DNA of 64,000 bases from an uncultured Candidatus Rokubacteria bacterium (GTDB lineage: Bacteria > Methylomirabilota > Methylomirabilia > Rokubacteriales > CSP1-6): contig CAWBMV010000012.1 of assembly GCA_963789955.1 (NCBI GenBank), positions 442,239-506,238 of the forward strand. Reading direction: 5' to 3'. The notes beneath the pieces are model-generated. The model did no database searches, was not told the DNA's origin, and saw only the letters and a program-made list of their open reading frames with translations. Shown piece by piece: positions 31,067 to 41,913 of the stretch (the stretch's first letter is position 1; each line of letters begins with the position of its first letter). The translations under genes were made by a program, and so were the position numbers.

Positions 31067-32525
31067 CGGGGCGGCGCGGCGCCAGGGCCGCCGCGCGCAG
31101 GTGCTCGAGGTCGATCTTGGGCATGTCGAGATTCAGGGTGCGCAGGACGGCGTTGGCGAGCTCGCTGTAGCGGGTGAAGTAGCGGCGCAGCCGTCCGCGC
31201 CACGCCGGGATGCCGCCGTTGGCGTGGAGCTCGAAGGCCGACTCGCGACCGTCCAGCGCCGAGGTGACGTGGTCGCACGCGAGCTGCAGCAAGGCCGAGC
31301 GCTGCAGCGCCGTGTAGCCTCCGCCCGCGTACGATTCCTCGAGCCCGGCTCCGACCTCCGGTGACGCCAGGTCCTTGTCCGAGGGCGCGACCACGAGCGA
31401 GGAGCCCGGGAGAATTCTCAGGATCTCGGCCATGCGCTGGCGGCCCTTCTGCATGGCGATGCTGCCCGCCGCGATGTGGCCGCGCCCGGGGATGCAGTAG
31501 CCCTCGGGCGTGAATTCGGGATCGAGCTCGGCGGCGGTCTGGCAGCTCCGAACGGTCTGCACGTCGACGACCAGATCGATCAGGTACTCGATCGTCGGCT
31601 CGTGCTCGACCAGGCCCATCGCGTGCGTGCACGCGAGCGCCAGCCCGAGCGTGAACTCCGCCTTGGAGAGCCAGCAGTAGAGCTGATGCCAGAAGAGCCA
31701 GGACGCCATCGGCTCGGGGGTCACGTCCATCAGGAAGATGCGGTCCCAGGGAACGAACACGTTGTCGAGCCACATCTGCCCGTCCAGCTCGTCGAACCGG
31801 CTCGACAGCGGAGCCAGGAACGGATTCGAGTGCCGCGCGGCGATCTTCCGGCAGAGGACCGTCACGCCGGGCGCGGCGACGGGCACGATGAAGGTCGCGC
31901 GATGCTGGCCGCGCTCGATGCCGCAGTGGCTGCCGACGTAGACGTCCTCGGCGTACACCGGGCTCGTGTGCATCCCGACCTTGCCGCTGACGACCAGGCC
32001 GGCGTCGGTCTCGCGCACGAGCTTGAGCGCCACGCGTTCGCCCGGGTCCTGGCGCATGCGGTAGCCGATCGTGGCCGCGCCGGCCGAGAAGGTGAGGAAG
32101 CGCCCGGTACGGGCGATCAGCTCGCGATAGCCGGCGGCGTTCGCGATCTGCTCCGGTGACACGTTGCGCTGCCGGACCGCATCGAGGATGCCGAGCGCGA
32201 TCAGGTTGCCGTACGCGGGCGTGTGCGTGATGTTGCCCGCGCTCAGGAAGGTCGTCGCCGAGAAGCAGCGGCCCATCGCGCGCAGGTCGTCAGGGCTCTT
32301 CGGGATGATGTAGCTCAACGGGGCCCGTGCGCCCGCGGCATCGGGCGGCGTCAGGAGAATGTCCTGCCACTCCCGGTCGAAGTGGCGGTCGTACCAGGCG
32401 ACGTACTCGTCGACGGTCCCGCGCGTCGCCGGGTGCACGGTGACGTCCTCGACCAGCCCCTCGCCGATGACCCACACCCGGCGCCCGTCGCGCAGCGCTT
32501 CGCGATATTCCGCGCCCGTCCTCAT
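31050..32525 (-). CDS. 4-hydroxyphenylacetate 3-hydroxylase (HpaB)-family flavin monooxygenase
   Basis: MRTGAEYREALRDGRRVW, DVTVHP and PLSSRFDELD. Confidence 0.85.
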   Translation of the reverse strand: MRTGAEYREALRDGRRVWVIGEGLVEDVTVHPATRGTVDEYVAWYDRHFDREWQDILLTPPDAAGARAPLSYIIPKSPDDLRAMGRCFSATTFLSAGNITHTPAYGNLIALGILDAVRQRNVSPEQIANAAGYRELIARTGRFLTFSAGAATIGYRMRQDPGERVALKLVRETDAGLVVSGKVGMHTSPVYAEDVYVGSHCGIERGQHRATFIVPVAAPGVTVLCRKIAARHSNPFLAPLSSRFDELDGQMWLDNVFVPWDRIFLMDVTPEPMASWLFWHQLYCWLSKAEFTLGLALACTHAMGLVEHEPTIEYLIDLVVDVQTVRSCQTAAELDPEFTPEGYCIPGRGHIAAGSIAMQKGRQRMAEILRILPGSSLVVAPSDKDLASPEVGAGLEESYAGGGYTALQRSALLQLACDHVTSALDGRESAFELHANGGIPAWRGRLRRYFTRYSELANAVLRTLNLDMPKIDLEHLRAAALAPRRPVTPPR

Positions 32526-32596
32526 GGAAGTCGAAGCTTAGCATCTCGGGTCGACATCTTCGACACGTCACGGGATAATCCCGCCGGGAGACGACG

Positions 32597-33040
32597 ATGA
32601 GCCAAGCCAAGATTCCCAAAGTCCTCCACGAGCACATCAACACCGCGTTCCCGGCCAACGTCTGTCTGGTGGGAACGGTCCTGCCGAGCGGCTTCGCGCA
32701 GATCACGCCGCGCGGCAGCACGATGGTCTACGACGACGAGCACCTGGCGCTCTGGGAACGCGGCAAGGGCTCCACGAGCGCGAATCTCCGGGACAAGTCG
32801 AAGGTCACGGTGTTCCTGCGCAAGCCCCCGCTCCGCGAGGCGGGCGTGCTGCCCAAGGGCGGGATCGCGCGCTTCTACGGCACCGCCGAGGTCCACACGT
32901 CGGGCCCGGCGTACGAAGAAGTCTGGCGACGGCTCGTCCAGCCCGAGAAGGACCGGGATCCGGACAAGAAGGGCTTTGCCGTCCTCATCAAGGTCGAGCG
33001 CGCCGAGGATCTCGACGGTCAGCCGCTGGTGCTGGCATGA
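32597..33040 (+). CDS. Pyridoxamine 5'-phosphate oxidase-like flavin-binding protein
   Basis: Split-barrel pattern CLVGTV..AQITPRGS..NLRDKSKVTV..RFYGTAE. Confidence 0.7.
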   Translation: MSQAKIPKVLHEHINTAFPANVCLVGTVLPSGFAQITPRGSTMVYDDEHLALWERGKGSTSANLRDKSKVTVFLRKPPLREAGVLPKGGIARFYGTAEVHTSGPAYEEVWRRLVQPEKDRDPDKKGFAVLIKVERAEDLDGQPLVLA

Positions 33041-34230
33041 GCAATCTCGACGGAGTCCTGACGGGCGTTCGCGTGCTCGATTTCGGGCGCTACATCGCCG
33101 GGCCGTACTGCGCCGCGCTGCTGGCCGATCTCGGCGCCGACGTGATCCGCATCGAGCGCGCCGGGGGTGGCGAGGATCGCTGGGTGGCGCCGGTGACCGA
33201 CGACGGCGTGGGCGCGCTCTACGTGGTCATGAACCGCAACAAGCGCGCGATGACCCTCGACCCGGCGTGCCCCGAGGGCCAGGAGATCGTCCGCAAGCTC
33301 GTCGCCACGGCCGACGTCGTCGTGGCGAACCTGCCTCCCGAGGTGCTGCGGTCGCTCTCCCTCGACCTCGAGAGCCTGCGTCGCGTGAAGCCCGACATCA
33401 TCTTGACGACGGTGACCGCGTACGGCGCCGGCGGGCCGTGGAGCGCCAAGCACGGGTTCGACGGCATCGGGCAGGTGATGTGCGGCTCGTCGTATCTCAC
33501 GGGCACCCCGGATCAGCCGTTGCGCGCCGCGGTCGCCTGGGTCGACTGCGGCACCGCGTCCCTGGCCGCGTTCGGAACCCTGGCCGCGCTCATGTCGCGC
33601 CGGCAGACCGGACGCGGACAGAAAGTCGAAGGCGCCTTGCTCAGGACCGCGATCGCCTTCAACAACCCGACCCTGGTGGAGCAGCAGGCCATCCAGGTCG
33701 ACCGCGTGGCGACGGTCAACCGCGGCCAGACCTCGGCGCCGTCCGATCTGTTCCGCACGAAGGACGGCTGGATCCTGGCGCTCGCGATCGGCAACCCGAT
33801 GTTCCGGCGATGGGCCAAGCTGATGGGCGAGGACCACTGGCTGACTGACCCACGCTTCAAGGACGACATCGCTCGCGGCGACAACAGCGAGATCATCTCC
33901 AAGCGGATGTCGGAATGGTCGGCGTCGCGGACGACCAAGGAGGCGCTGGCCGAGCTGGAAGCGGCGAAGATTCCGTCGGCGCCGCTCTACTCGCCGCAGC
34001 AGGCGCTGGACGACGCGCACATCCGCACGGCCGGTCTGCTGCGGGACACGGAGTACCCGGGTGTGGCCCGCGGCGTGCCGCTCGCGCCGACGCCGGTCGA
34101 TCTGTCGGAGACGCCCGGGCGATTCCAGCGGCGGGCTCCCACGTTGGGCGAGCACACCGACGAGATCCTGTCCGAGCTGGGCTACCAGAAGACGCAGATC
34201 GCCGAGCTGCGAACCCGCAACGTCATCTGA
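33037..34230 (+). CDS. Class III CoA transferase
   Basis: GVRVLDFGRYIAGP, NRNKR, GFDGIGQ and APTLGEHT. Confidence 0.92.
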   Translation: MSNLDGVLTGVRVLDFGRYIAGPYCAALLADLGADVIRIERAGGGEDRWVAPVTDDGVGALYVVMNRNKRAMTLDPACPEGQEIVRKLVATADVVVANLPPEVLRSLSLDLESLRRVKPDIILTTVTAYGAGGPWSAKHGFDGIGQVMCGSSYLTGTPDQPLRAAVAWVDCGTASLAAFGTLAALMSRRQTGRGQKVEGALLRTAIAFNNPTLVEQQAIQVDRVATVNRGQTSAPSDLFRTKDGWILALAIGNPMFRRWAKLMGEDHWLTDPRFKDDIARGDNSEIISKRMSEWSASRTTKEALAELEAAKIPSAPLYSPQQALDDAHIRTAGLLRDTEYPGVARGVPLAPTPVDLSETPGRFQRRAPTLGEHTDEILSELGYQKTQIAELRTRNVI

Positions 34231-34257
34231 TCGCCGGTAGCGGCCAGGAGCCCGACG

Positions 34258-34995
34258 GTGAGCGCGCTGGCCGTGCGCAATCTGACGAAGTCGTTCGGAG
34301 GACTGCGCGTCACGTCGGGGGTCGACCTCGCGGTCGAGCCCGGCGAGCGTCGTCTGATCATCGGCCCCAACGGGGCCGGCAAGACCACGCTCTTCAACCT
34401 GATCACCGGTGAGCTCCGCCCGGACGGCGGCTCGGTCAGCTTGTTCGACCGGGACATCACGCGGGTGCCGAGCCGGCGCCGCTTCCATCTGGGCATCGCG
34501 CGGACGTATCAGATCATCACGCTGTTTCCGGGCGAGACCCTGCTGCGCAACGTGACCCTGGCGCTGCTGGGGCGGTCGCGACGTCGCTGGAATCCGTTCG
34601 TCCGGCTGAGCCGTCAGGAGTCGCTGGTGACGCGGGCGCGCGAGATCCTGGCACGGGTCGCCCTCGATCATCTCGCCGACCGGCCGCTGGCCCAGACCTC
34701 CTACGGCGAACGGCGGCGCGTCGAGGTCGCGATGGCGCTCGCGCAGGACCCGCGCGTGTTGCTGCTCGACGAACCGTTCGCCGGGCTCTCGATCGACGAG
34801 CGGCGCGACGTGCTGCGGCTGGTCACCAACATTCCGCGCGACGTGACGATCGTGATGATCGAGCACGACATGGACGTGGCGCTCGACTTCGCCGAGCGGA
34901 TCAGCGTGCTGCACTTCGGCGAGGTCGTGGTCGAGGGGACGCGCGGCGAGGTGGTCGCGCACCCGCGGACGCGGGAGATCTACCTCGGGGAGTGA
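34258..34995 (+). CDS. livG: Branched-chain ABC ATP-binding protein (LivG-like)
   Basis: GPNGAGKTT, SYGERRRVE, LLLDEP and IEHDM. Confidence 0.85.
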   Translation: MSALAVRNLTKSFGGLRVTSGVDLAVEPGERRLIIGPNGAGKTTLFNLITGELRPDGGSVSLFDRDITRVPSRRRFHLGIARTYQIITLFPGETLLRNVTLALLGRSRRRWNPFVRLSRQESLVTRAREILARVALDHLADRPLAQTSYGERRRVEVAMALAQDPRVLLLDEPFAGLSIDERRDVLRLVTNIPRDVTIVMIEHDMDVALDFAERISVLHFGEVVVEGTRGEVVAHPRTREIYLGE

Positions 34996-36275
34996 CGCGA
35001 GGCCGCGCGGTCGTCGGCCTTCTCGATCAGCCACTCGATGTGGAGCTTCAGATCGTAGTACTCGCCCATGAGGCCGGGCGGCGGCGGCGGGACCTGGGCG
35101 AGCCTCGTCTGCAGCGCGCGCAGCCGTTCGGCCGCGGCCTTCGCCTCCTCCGGCGTGGCGCTCGCGAGTGCATGGTCGATCTCGTGGACCTCCCGGTACC
35201 ACCGGGTGATCCGCCGGCGGTTCTGCGAGTTGTACAGCGAGGGCAGGATGCGGATCAGGGGCAGCAGGATGCCGACGGCCGGCAGCAGCAGGAGCGCCCA
35301 GCGCTCGACCGTGACGGCGATCCAGAACGGCAGATAGCGCTCCAGGAGCGGCGGCCCCTTGCGGAGGTAGCGCCGGGCGACCTCGTGCAGCGGTAGCTCG
35401 ACGAACGCGTCGGACGGGAAGGTGTTCGGCGCCTCGAAGAGCCCGGGGCGGCTGTGGACGATCTCCGCGGTCTTCAGGAGAAGCCGCACGATCACGGGAT
35501 GGACGTCCTCACGCACCACGAGCGTCGCGGTCGCCGCGAGCAAGAGCACGTCCTGAGACGGCACGTTCGTGACCAGGTCGACGACACCCTCGCCGAGCGT
35601 GACGGTCGAGAGGAACCGGTAGCGGGTCGTGTACGCGATCGTGCGCCGTACGCTCCAGAGGCTCACGGTCGGACTCAGCAGGAGACGCCGCACCAGCGGG
35701 ACCGTCGGCGCCATGATGAAGAAGCCGGCGTCGATGCGGCCGGTCTCCAGTGCCGTCGCCGCGCCTTCGGTCGTGAGGACCAGGAGGTGCGAGTTCTGGG
35801 GGGTGACGCCGCTGTCGCGGAGCAGCCGCAGCGCGAGGGGCCGGATGCCGCTGCCTTCCTCGCCGATCTGGATGCTGAGGCCGCGCAGATCGTTGAGACC
35901 GCGCAGCGGCCGGTTTCGCCGGTGGAATAGCCAGATCGGCTCGTAGTAAAGGCTCCCGAGCGAGAGGAGCCCCTCGGTCGGCGCCGCCTCGGCGGTGCCG
36001 CCCTGGACGAAGCCCGCCATCGCCTGGCCGGCCCTGAGGCGCTTGAGCGTCTCGACCGTCCCGGCGCCGGTGACGATCTCGACCGTGAACCCGTCCGCCG
36101 CCGCCAGCTTCGCGTACTCCTTCGCGAACATGTAGTAGGCGCCGTTCTCGCGGCCCGTGCTGATCGTGATCCGACGGGGCGGGAGCGGCTCGACCAGATG
36201 ATTGAGGACCAGCAGGACGATCACCATCAGGGCCAGGGCGGGCACCATCACCCAGCCGAGCTTTTTCCAGTCCAT
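34980..36275 (-). CDS. TAXI-family TRAP solute receptor with membrane anchors
   Basis: ISTGRENGAY, GFVQGG, SLYYEPIWLF, GEEGSG and LERYLPFW. Confidence 0.85.
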   Translation of the reverse strand: MDWKKLGWVMVPALALMVIVLLVLNHLVEPLPPRRITISTGRENGAYYMFAKEYAKLAAADGFTVEIVTGAGTVETLKRLRAGQAMAGFVQGGTAEAAPTEGLLSLGSLYYEPIWLFHRRNRPLRGLNDLRGLSIQIGEEGSGIRPLALRLLRDSGVTPQNSHLLVLTTEGAATALETGRIDAGFFIMAPTVPLVRRLLLSPTVSLWSVRRTIAYTTRYRFLSTVTLGEGVVDLVTNVPSQDVLLLAATATLVVREDVHPVIVRLLLKTAEIVHSRPGLFEAPNTFPSDAFVELPLHEVARRYLRKGPPLLERYLPFWIAVTVERWALLLLPAVGILLPLIRILPSLYNSQNRRRITRWYREVHEIDHALASATPEEAKAAAERLRALQTRLAQVPPPPPGLMGEYYDLKLHIEWLIEKADDRAASRHSPR

Positions 36276-36368
36276 CCGGGCCCAGTCTAAGCGCCCATCC
36301 TTCCGTCGCCAGAGGATTTTGGGCTTGCCGTGGGCATCGGCTGATGGTTCGATTACCGACCACAGTCG

Positions 36369-37450
36369 ATGGGTACCGTTCGGGCCACCGGTCTCGTCAA
36401 GACGTTCGGCACCGTGACCGCGGTGAACGACCTCAGCTTCGAGGCCAGAGCCGGAGAGTTTCTGACCCTGCTCGGGCCGAGCGGCTGCGGCAAGACCACC
36501 ACCCTGCGTCTCGTGGCCGGGCTCGAGCGGCCGGATCGCGGCGAGATCCTGCGTGGGCGACCGCCCGATCTCCTCGGTCGGCGTCCGGCCTCTTCGTGCC
36601 GCCGGAGCGGCGCGGAATGGGGATGGTCTTTCAGAGCTACGCGATCTGGCCGCACATGACCGTCTTCGAGAACGTCGCCTTCCCGCTGCAGGAGCTTCGT
36701 GTGCCCCGGGCCGAGACCCGCGAGCGGGTGATGGCGATGCTCTCGACGGTCGGGCTGGGCGATCTCCACGCCCGTCCGGCGCCGATGCTCTCGGGCGGCC
36801 AGCAGCAGCGGGTCGCGCTGGCGCGGGCCCTCGTGTCGAACCCGCAGGTGCTGCTGCTCGACGAGCCGCTCTCGAACCTCGACGCGCGGCTGCGCGAAGA
36901 GATGCGGTTCGAGCTGCGCGAGATGCAGGCCAAGCTCGGGATCACCAGCATCTTCGTGACCCACGATCAGGCCGAGGCGATGACGCTCTCCGACCGCATC
37001 GTCGTCATGAACGCCGGCCGCATCGAGCAGGAAGGTAGCCCCGAGGACGTCTACCAGCGGCCGCGCACGCGATTCGTCATGGACTTCCTGGGCCGCGCCA
37101 ACCATCTGCCGGCGCGTATCGCGAAAGGTGACGACGGAAGCCTGGTGGCCGAGGTCGAGGACGGCGGCTGCAGCATGCCCGTCGCCGGCAGCGGCGAGCT
37201 GGAGCGTCGGCCAGGAAGTCCTGCTGGCGTTTCGACCGGAAGCGGTGGAGGCGCGGGCGGCCGAGCGCGACGGCGCCTGGGTCGGCGTGGTGCGGTCGTC
37301 GGTCTACGTGAGCGGCCACGTCGAGTACGTGGTGGAGATCGGGAAATTCACGGTGAGAGCGATCGGCCCGGAAGACGCGCGGCTCCCGCACGAGGCCCGT
37401 GCGAGGCTCTGCGTGTCGCCCCGAGCGGTGCGGATCTGGCCGCGAAGTGA
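36369..37450 (+). CDS. ABC ATP-binding protein, FbpC/PotA-like (frameshifts near 36550-36590 and 37200)
   Basis: [34 protein letters not shown] and DEPLSNLD. Confidence 0.88.
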
Positions 37451-37474
37451 CGGCGCCGACGGAGGGAGAGCTCG

Positions 37475-38626
37475 ATGACGAGACGGCGATGGGTGCTGAT
37501 GATGTCGGGGCTGTTCGCGTCGGTCGTGGTCGCCGGTGCGCTCGCCCCGGGCGCGCTCCGAGCCCAGAGCAAGCCGCCCGCCGCGGCGCCGGTCGACACG
37601 ACGGCGTCCCCCGCGAAGTTCCAGGCGGCGATGGCCGAATGGAAGAGCAAGATCGTTCCCGCCGCGAAGAAGGAAGGCGAGGTCATCTGGTACAGCTGCG
37701 CCCAGGCGACCGAGGCCGAGGGCACGATCACCGCCTTCAACAAGGCGTACCCGGACATCCAGGTGAGCCAGGTCCTGTCCCCGGGCTTTCAGCTGGTGGA
37801 AAAGATCAACACCGAGTCCTCGGCCGGCCGCGTCCAGGCCGACGTCTATCAGTGCGGCGGGCAGAGCGGACGCACCTTGACGTGGCGAGGGCTGGCCGAA
37901 GACTTCATCCCGCCGACGGCGCTCGACCCCAACGTGAAGTGGCGCTGGCCCATCATCAACAAGGAGACCCATCTCGCCGGCGTGTTCGCGAGCGTCAGCG
38001 GCTTGAACGTCAACACGAAGCTGGTCCCGCCGGAGAAATATCCCAAGAGCTACTGGGACCTCGTGCGCGACCCGTACTGGGTCGACCTGATCAAGCGCAA
38101 GCGCGTGGCGTTCACCGATCCGCGCATCGCCAACATCGGCGTCTACCACATGTACGGCCTGAAGGAAGTGAACGCCAAGGAGTACGGCGAAGCGTTCATC
38201 CGCGAGTTCGCCGGGCTCAAGCCCAAGCTCTTCGGCTTCAACGAGTCCGGCGAGGTGGCGCGCGGCGAGCTCCACGCCATGCTCGGCGGGCCGTGGCGCG
38301 TCGAGTACAGCCTGGGCACCGTGCCGATCACGAAGCTCTGTCTCGAGCCCGGCTGCGTCAGCACGCAGTCGCCGCTCTTCGCCGTGGTGAAGAACGCCCC
38401 GCATCCGAACGCGGCCAAGGTCTTCGTCGACTTCATGCTGAGCCGCGAGTACGCCGAGTGGCGGGTGCAGGCGCTCGGCAACACGCCGGCCCGGGCCGAC
38501 GTGGCGCCGCGGCCGCTCGATGATCCGAGCAAGTTCAAGCTCCAGTACGCGGGCGACGACAAGGCGGAGCGGCAGATCAGCGAGGTTCTGAAGTGGGTCA
38601 TCGCCTCTAAACTTTTCGATTACTGA
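37475..38626 (+). CDS. Extracellular solute-binding protein (FbpA/AfuA-like fold)
   Basis: Signal peptide; AAKKEGEVIWY and APHPNAAKVFVDFMLS. Confidence 0.85.
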   Translation: MTRRRWVLMMSGLFASVVVAGALAPGALRAQSKPPAAAPVDTTASPAKFQAAMAEWKSKIVPAAKKEGEVIWYSCAQATEAEGTITAFNKAYPDIQVSQVLSPGFQLVEKINTESSAGRVQADVYQCGGQSGRTLTWRGLAEDFIPPTALDPNVKWRWPIINKETHLAGVFASVSGLNVNTKLVPPEKYPKSYWDLVRDPYWVDLIKRKRVAFTDPRIANIGVYHMYGLKEVNAKEYGEAFIREFAGLKPKLFGFNESGEVARGELHAMLGGPWRVEYSLGTVPITKLCLEPGCVSTQSPLFAVVKNAPHPNAAKVFVDFMLSREYAEWRVQALGNTPARADVAPRPLDDPSKFKLQYAGDDKAERQISEVLKWVIASKLFDY

Positions 38627-38627
38627 G

Positions 38628-38693
38628 ATGGGGGCCCGAAATGGCCCCCCATACCCCCCAGCGCTCGGAAGCGCCACGGCTGAGCCGCGGCGC
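38628..38693. repeat. Double-hairpin intercistronic element (REP-like)
   Basis: ATGGGGGCC-cgaaat-GGCCCCCCAT followed by GCGCCACGGC-tga-GCCGCGGCGC. Confidence 0.6.
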
Positions 38694-38728
38694 GCCTCGG
38701 GGTCGCTTGGCGGACGGGAGTTGGTGAC

Positions 38729-40481
38729 ATGGCCGTTGCGACGTGGGCGGGGCGGGGGCTCGCGTGGCCGCGCGTGCTTGCGTGGGCGTGGCTGCCGACC
38801 TTGCTGCTGATCGTCGTGGCCGTGCTCACGGTCACTCCCGTCGTCACCGCGCTGGTCGCGGGCTTCAGGGACGCGCCGCCCGGGCGGCCGGGATCGATCT
38901 CGTGGGAGTCGATTCGCGCCTCGCTCGGCGTGATGGCGGATCCGGACGTCTGGCGGATCCTCTGGACCACGGTGTGGCTCTCGACGGTGCGCGCGGTCCT
39001 GGCGCTGGCGCTCGCGGTCGTGCTGGCGTGGATCATCGCGCGCACGGACTGTCCGTTCCGCAACCGGCTCGAGTTCCTGCTGATTCTCTCGTTCTTCTTC
39101 CCGCTCCTCGGTAAGGTGCTCGGCTGGGCGCTGCTCCTGAGCCCTCAGAAGGGCTATCTGAACCAGCTCCTGCGCCATCTGCCGATCTTCGCGGGGGACA
39201 CCGGACCGCTCGACATCTTCTCCTACGGCGGCCTGATCTTCGTGAGCGTGACCGGCTGGGCCACCTTGCTCGCGATCTTCCTGATCCCGGCCTTCCGCAA
39301 CATGGACGCGGCGCTCGAGGAATCGGCGCGGATGTGCGGCGCCTCGCCGCGACGGACGGTGATGCGCATCCTCGTGCCGCTCCTGCGGCCCGCCATCCTG
39401 GCCGCGTTCATCCTGTCGCTCACGCGGCTGCTCTCCTCGTTCGAGACCGAAGTGTTCCTCGGCACGAGCTCGGGGATCTACGTCCTGACGAACAAGATCT
39501 ACGAGCGCATGGTGCAGATCTTCCCCCCGGACTTCCGCACGGGCATGACGATGGCGGTCATGCTGCTGGTCATCACGTTCGGGCTCGTGCTCGTGAACTG
39601 GCGGTTCCTGGGCAAGCGCGACTACACGACCGTGAGCGGGCGCGGCTACTCGGCGCGACCGATGGCGCTCGGCCGGCTCCGCTGGGTCGCCTTCGGCTTC
39701 GTCGTGCTGTTCTTCGTGGTCACGGTGGTCCTGCCCGCCGTGATGCTGATCCAGGTGAGCTTCATCCGGTTCATCGGGCTGAACGTCTTCGACCCGGCGA
39801 GCTACACCCTCGACAACTGGCGGCGGATGCTCGACGCTCGCGGATCAATCGCCTGGCGCTGACCAACAGCCTCATCATGAGCATCGTCGCCACGACGGTC
39901 GGGATGGTCATCTACTCGCTCGTCTCCTACGTCGTCACCAAGAGCCGGTACAGGGGACGGCGGCTGCTCGACCTGGTGGCCTGGGTGCCGTGGGCGGTGC
40001 CGTCGCTCGTGCTCGGCCTCGGCATCCTCTGGGCCGTTCTTCTTTCGCCGCTCGCCGTCCTCTATGGCACCTTGACCGTGTTGATCCTGGCTCACATCGT
40101 GCGCGGCTTTCCGTTCGGGACGCAGATCATGGGCTCGAGCATGATCCAGATCAGCCGCGAGCTCGAGGAGGCCGCGCGCATCCACAAGGCGTCGTGGCCC
40201 TCGACCTTTCGGCGAATCTGGCTGCCCCTGGTGAAGAACGGCTTCGTGGCGGGGTGGGTGATCCAGTTCACCGTGTCGTTCAGCGACCTGGCGACGGTGG
40301 CGTTCCTGTACGGCGCCAAGTCGACCGTGCTGCCGACGCTCTTCCTGAGCCAGTGGTCCAACGGGCGCCTCGAAGAGGCGGCGGTCGCGGCCCTGATGAT
40401 GACGGCGATCGTCTCTGGCGGTGGTCGTCGCTCGTGCGGCGGCTCGTGCAGGGCAGCGTCCGTACGACGACCGTGGCGTAA
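38729..40481 (+). CDS. ABC permease, FbpB-like with two EAA modules (frameshifts near 39850 and 40420)
   Basis: MDAALEESARMCGA and ISRELEEAARIH. Confidence 0.85.
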
Positions 40482-40533
40482 GCTGTGCGAGCCGAGGACG
40501 TCGCGGGGCCGGGGCCCCGCGGCCGAGGCGAGC
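40482..40533 (+). repeat. Dispersed ~54-nt structured element, copy 3
   Basis: GCTGTGCGAGCCGAGGACGTCGCGGGGCCGGGGCCCCGCGGCCGAGGCGAGC. Confidence 0.8.
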
Positions 40534-40551
40534 CATGAAGGAGGCAACGCG

Positions 40552-41913
40552 ATGCTTTCCAGAGAAGACAACGAGCTGCTCTGTCGCGTCGGACCCGGGA
40601 CGCCGATGGGCGACCTGATGCGCCAGTACTGGATCCCCGCGCTCATGTCGAGCGAGCTGCCGGAGCGCCGACGGCCCGCCGGTGCGCGTCCGGCTGCTCG
40701 GCGAGAACCTGATCGCCTTCCGCGTCACGTCCGGCAAGGTCGGGCTGATCCAGAACCACTGCCCGCACCGCGGCGCCTCGCTCTTCTTCGGGCGCAACGA
40801 GGAGGAAGGCCTGCGCTGCGTGTACCACGGCTGGAAGTTCGACTGCGAGGGCGCCTGCGTCGACATGCCGAACGAGCCGGCGGAGAGCAACTTCAAGTCG
40901 AAGATCCGCGCCACGGCCTACCCGTGCGTGGAGCGGAACGGCATCATCTGGACCTACATGGGCCCGCGCCAGACGCCGCCGCCCTTGCCGGACATCGAGC
41001 CGAACATGCTGCCGCAGGGCGAGTACGCAGGTCCAGAAGGTGCTGCGCGAGTGCAACTGGTTCCAGGGGCTCGAGGGCGACATCGACACGAGCCACCTCG
41101 GCTTCCTGCACCTCGGCGCCGTCAAGCCCGAGCAGACCGACGCCCGGGCACGTTCGACTACTACAACGTCGCCGACCGCGCGCCGAAGTACGAGGTCGTC
41201 GACACGGAGTTCGGCACGTCGTACGGCGCCTACCGGCCGGCGGAAGCCGGACACGTACTACTGGCGCATCGCCCACTTCCTGTTCCCGTTCTACACGATG
41301 ATCCCGACCGGCATTCTCGGCGATGCAGGTGCTCGTCCGCGCCTGGGTGCCGGTCGACGACGACCACATCATGTTCTGGAGCATCGCGGCGCCGCGCTCC
41401 CGCGTGGGCAACGGCGCCACGGGCGGCGCGCCGGCGCTCAGCGCCGGCGGGCGGCCGGTCGCGGCGGCCGGCTCGCGGGCCGGCGGCTTCGAGTTCCTGC
41501 CGGACACGCTCGGACTGGACTCGGCAAGTTCCGCCTGGCCCAGAACAAGGACAACGACTACCTGATCGACCGCGAGGCCCAGCGCACGACGAGCTACACC
41601 GGGCATCGCCGGCATCCACCAGCAGGACCAGGCCGTCACCGAGAGCATGGGGCCGATCTACGACCGCGACGCAGGAGCACCTCGGGACGCTCTGACGCGA
41701 TGGTCATTCGCACGCGGCGCCGCGTGATCAACGCCGCGCGGGCGCTGCGCGACAACGGCACGATGCCGCCCGGCGTCGACGATCCCGACGGTCTATCGCT
41801 ACCGCTCGGGCGGCGTCATCCTGCCGCGCGACGCCGACTGGCTCGAGGCCACCAAGGAGCTGCGCGCGCGCGTTGCGCCCGAGGCGCCTCCGCCGGAGCA
41901 GATCGCGCGATGA
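40552..41913 (+). CDS. Rieske oxygenase alpha subunit, phthalate 4,5-dioxygenase/LigXa-like (multiple frameshifts)
   Basis: MLSREDNELLCRVGPGTPMG, CPHRGASL..CVYHGWKFD, EGDIDTSHLGFLH and QDQAVTESMG. Confidence 0.85.
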
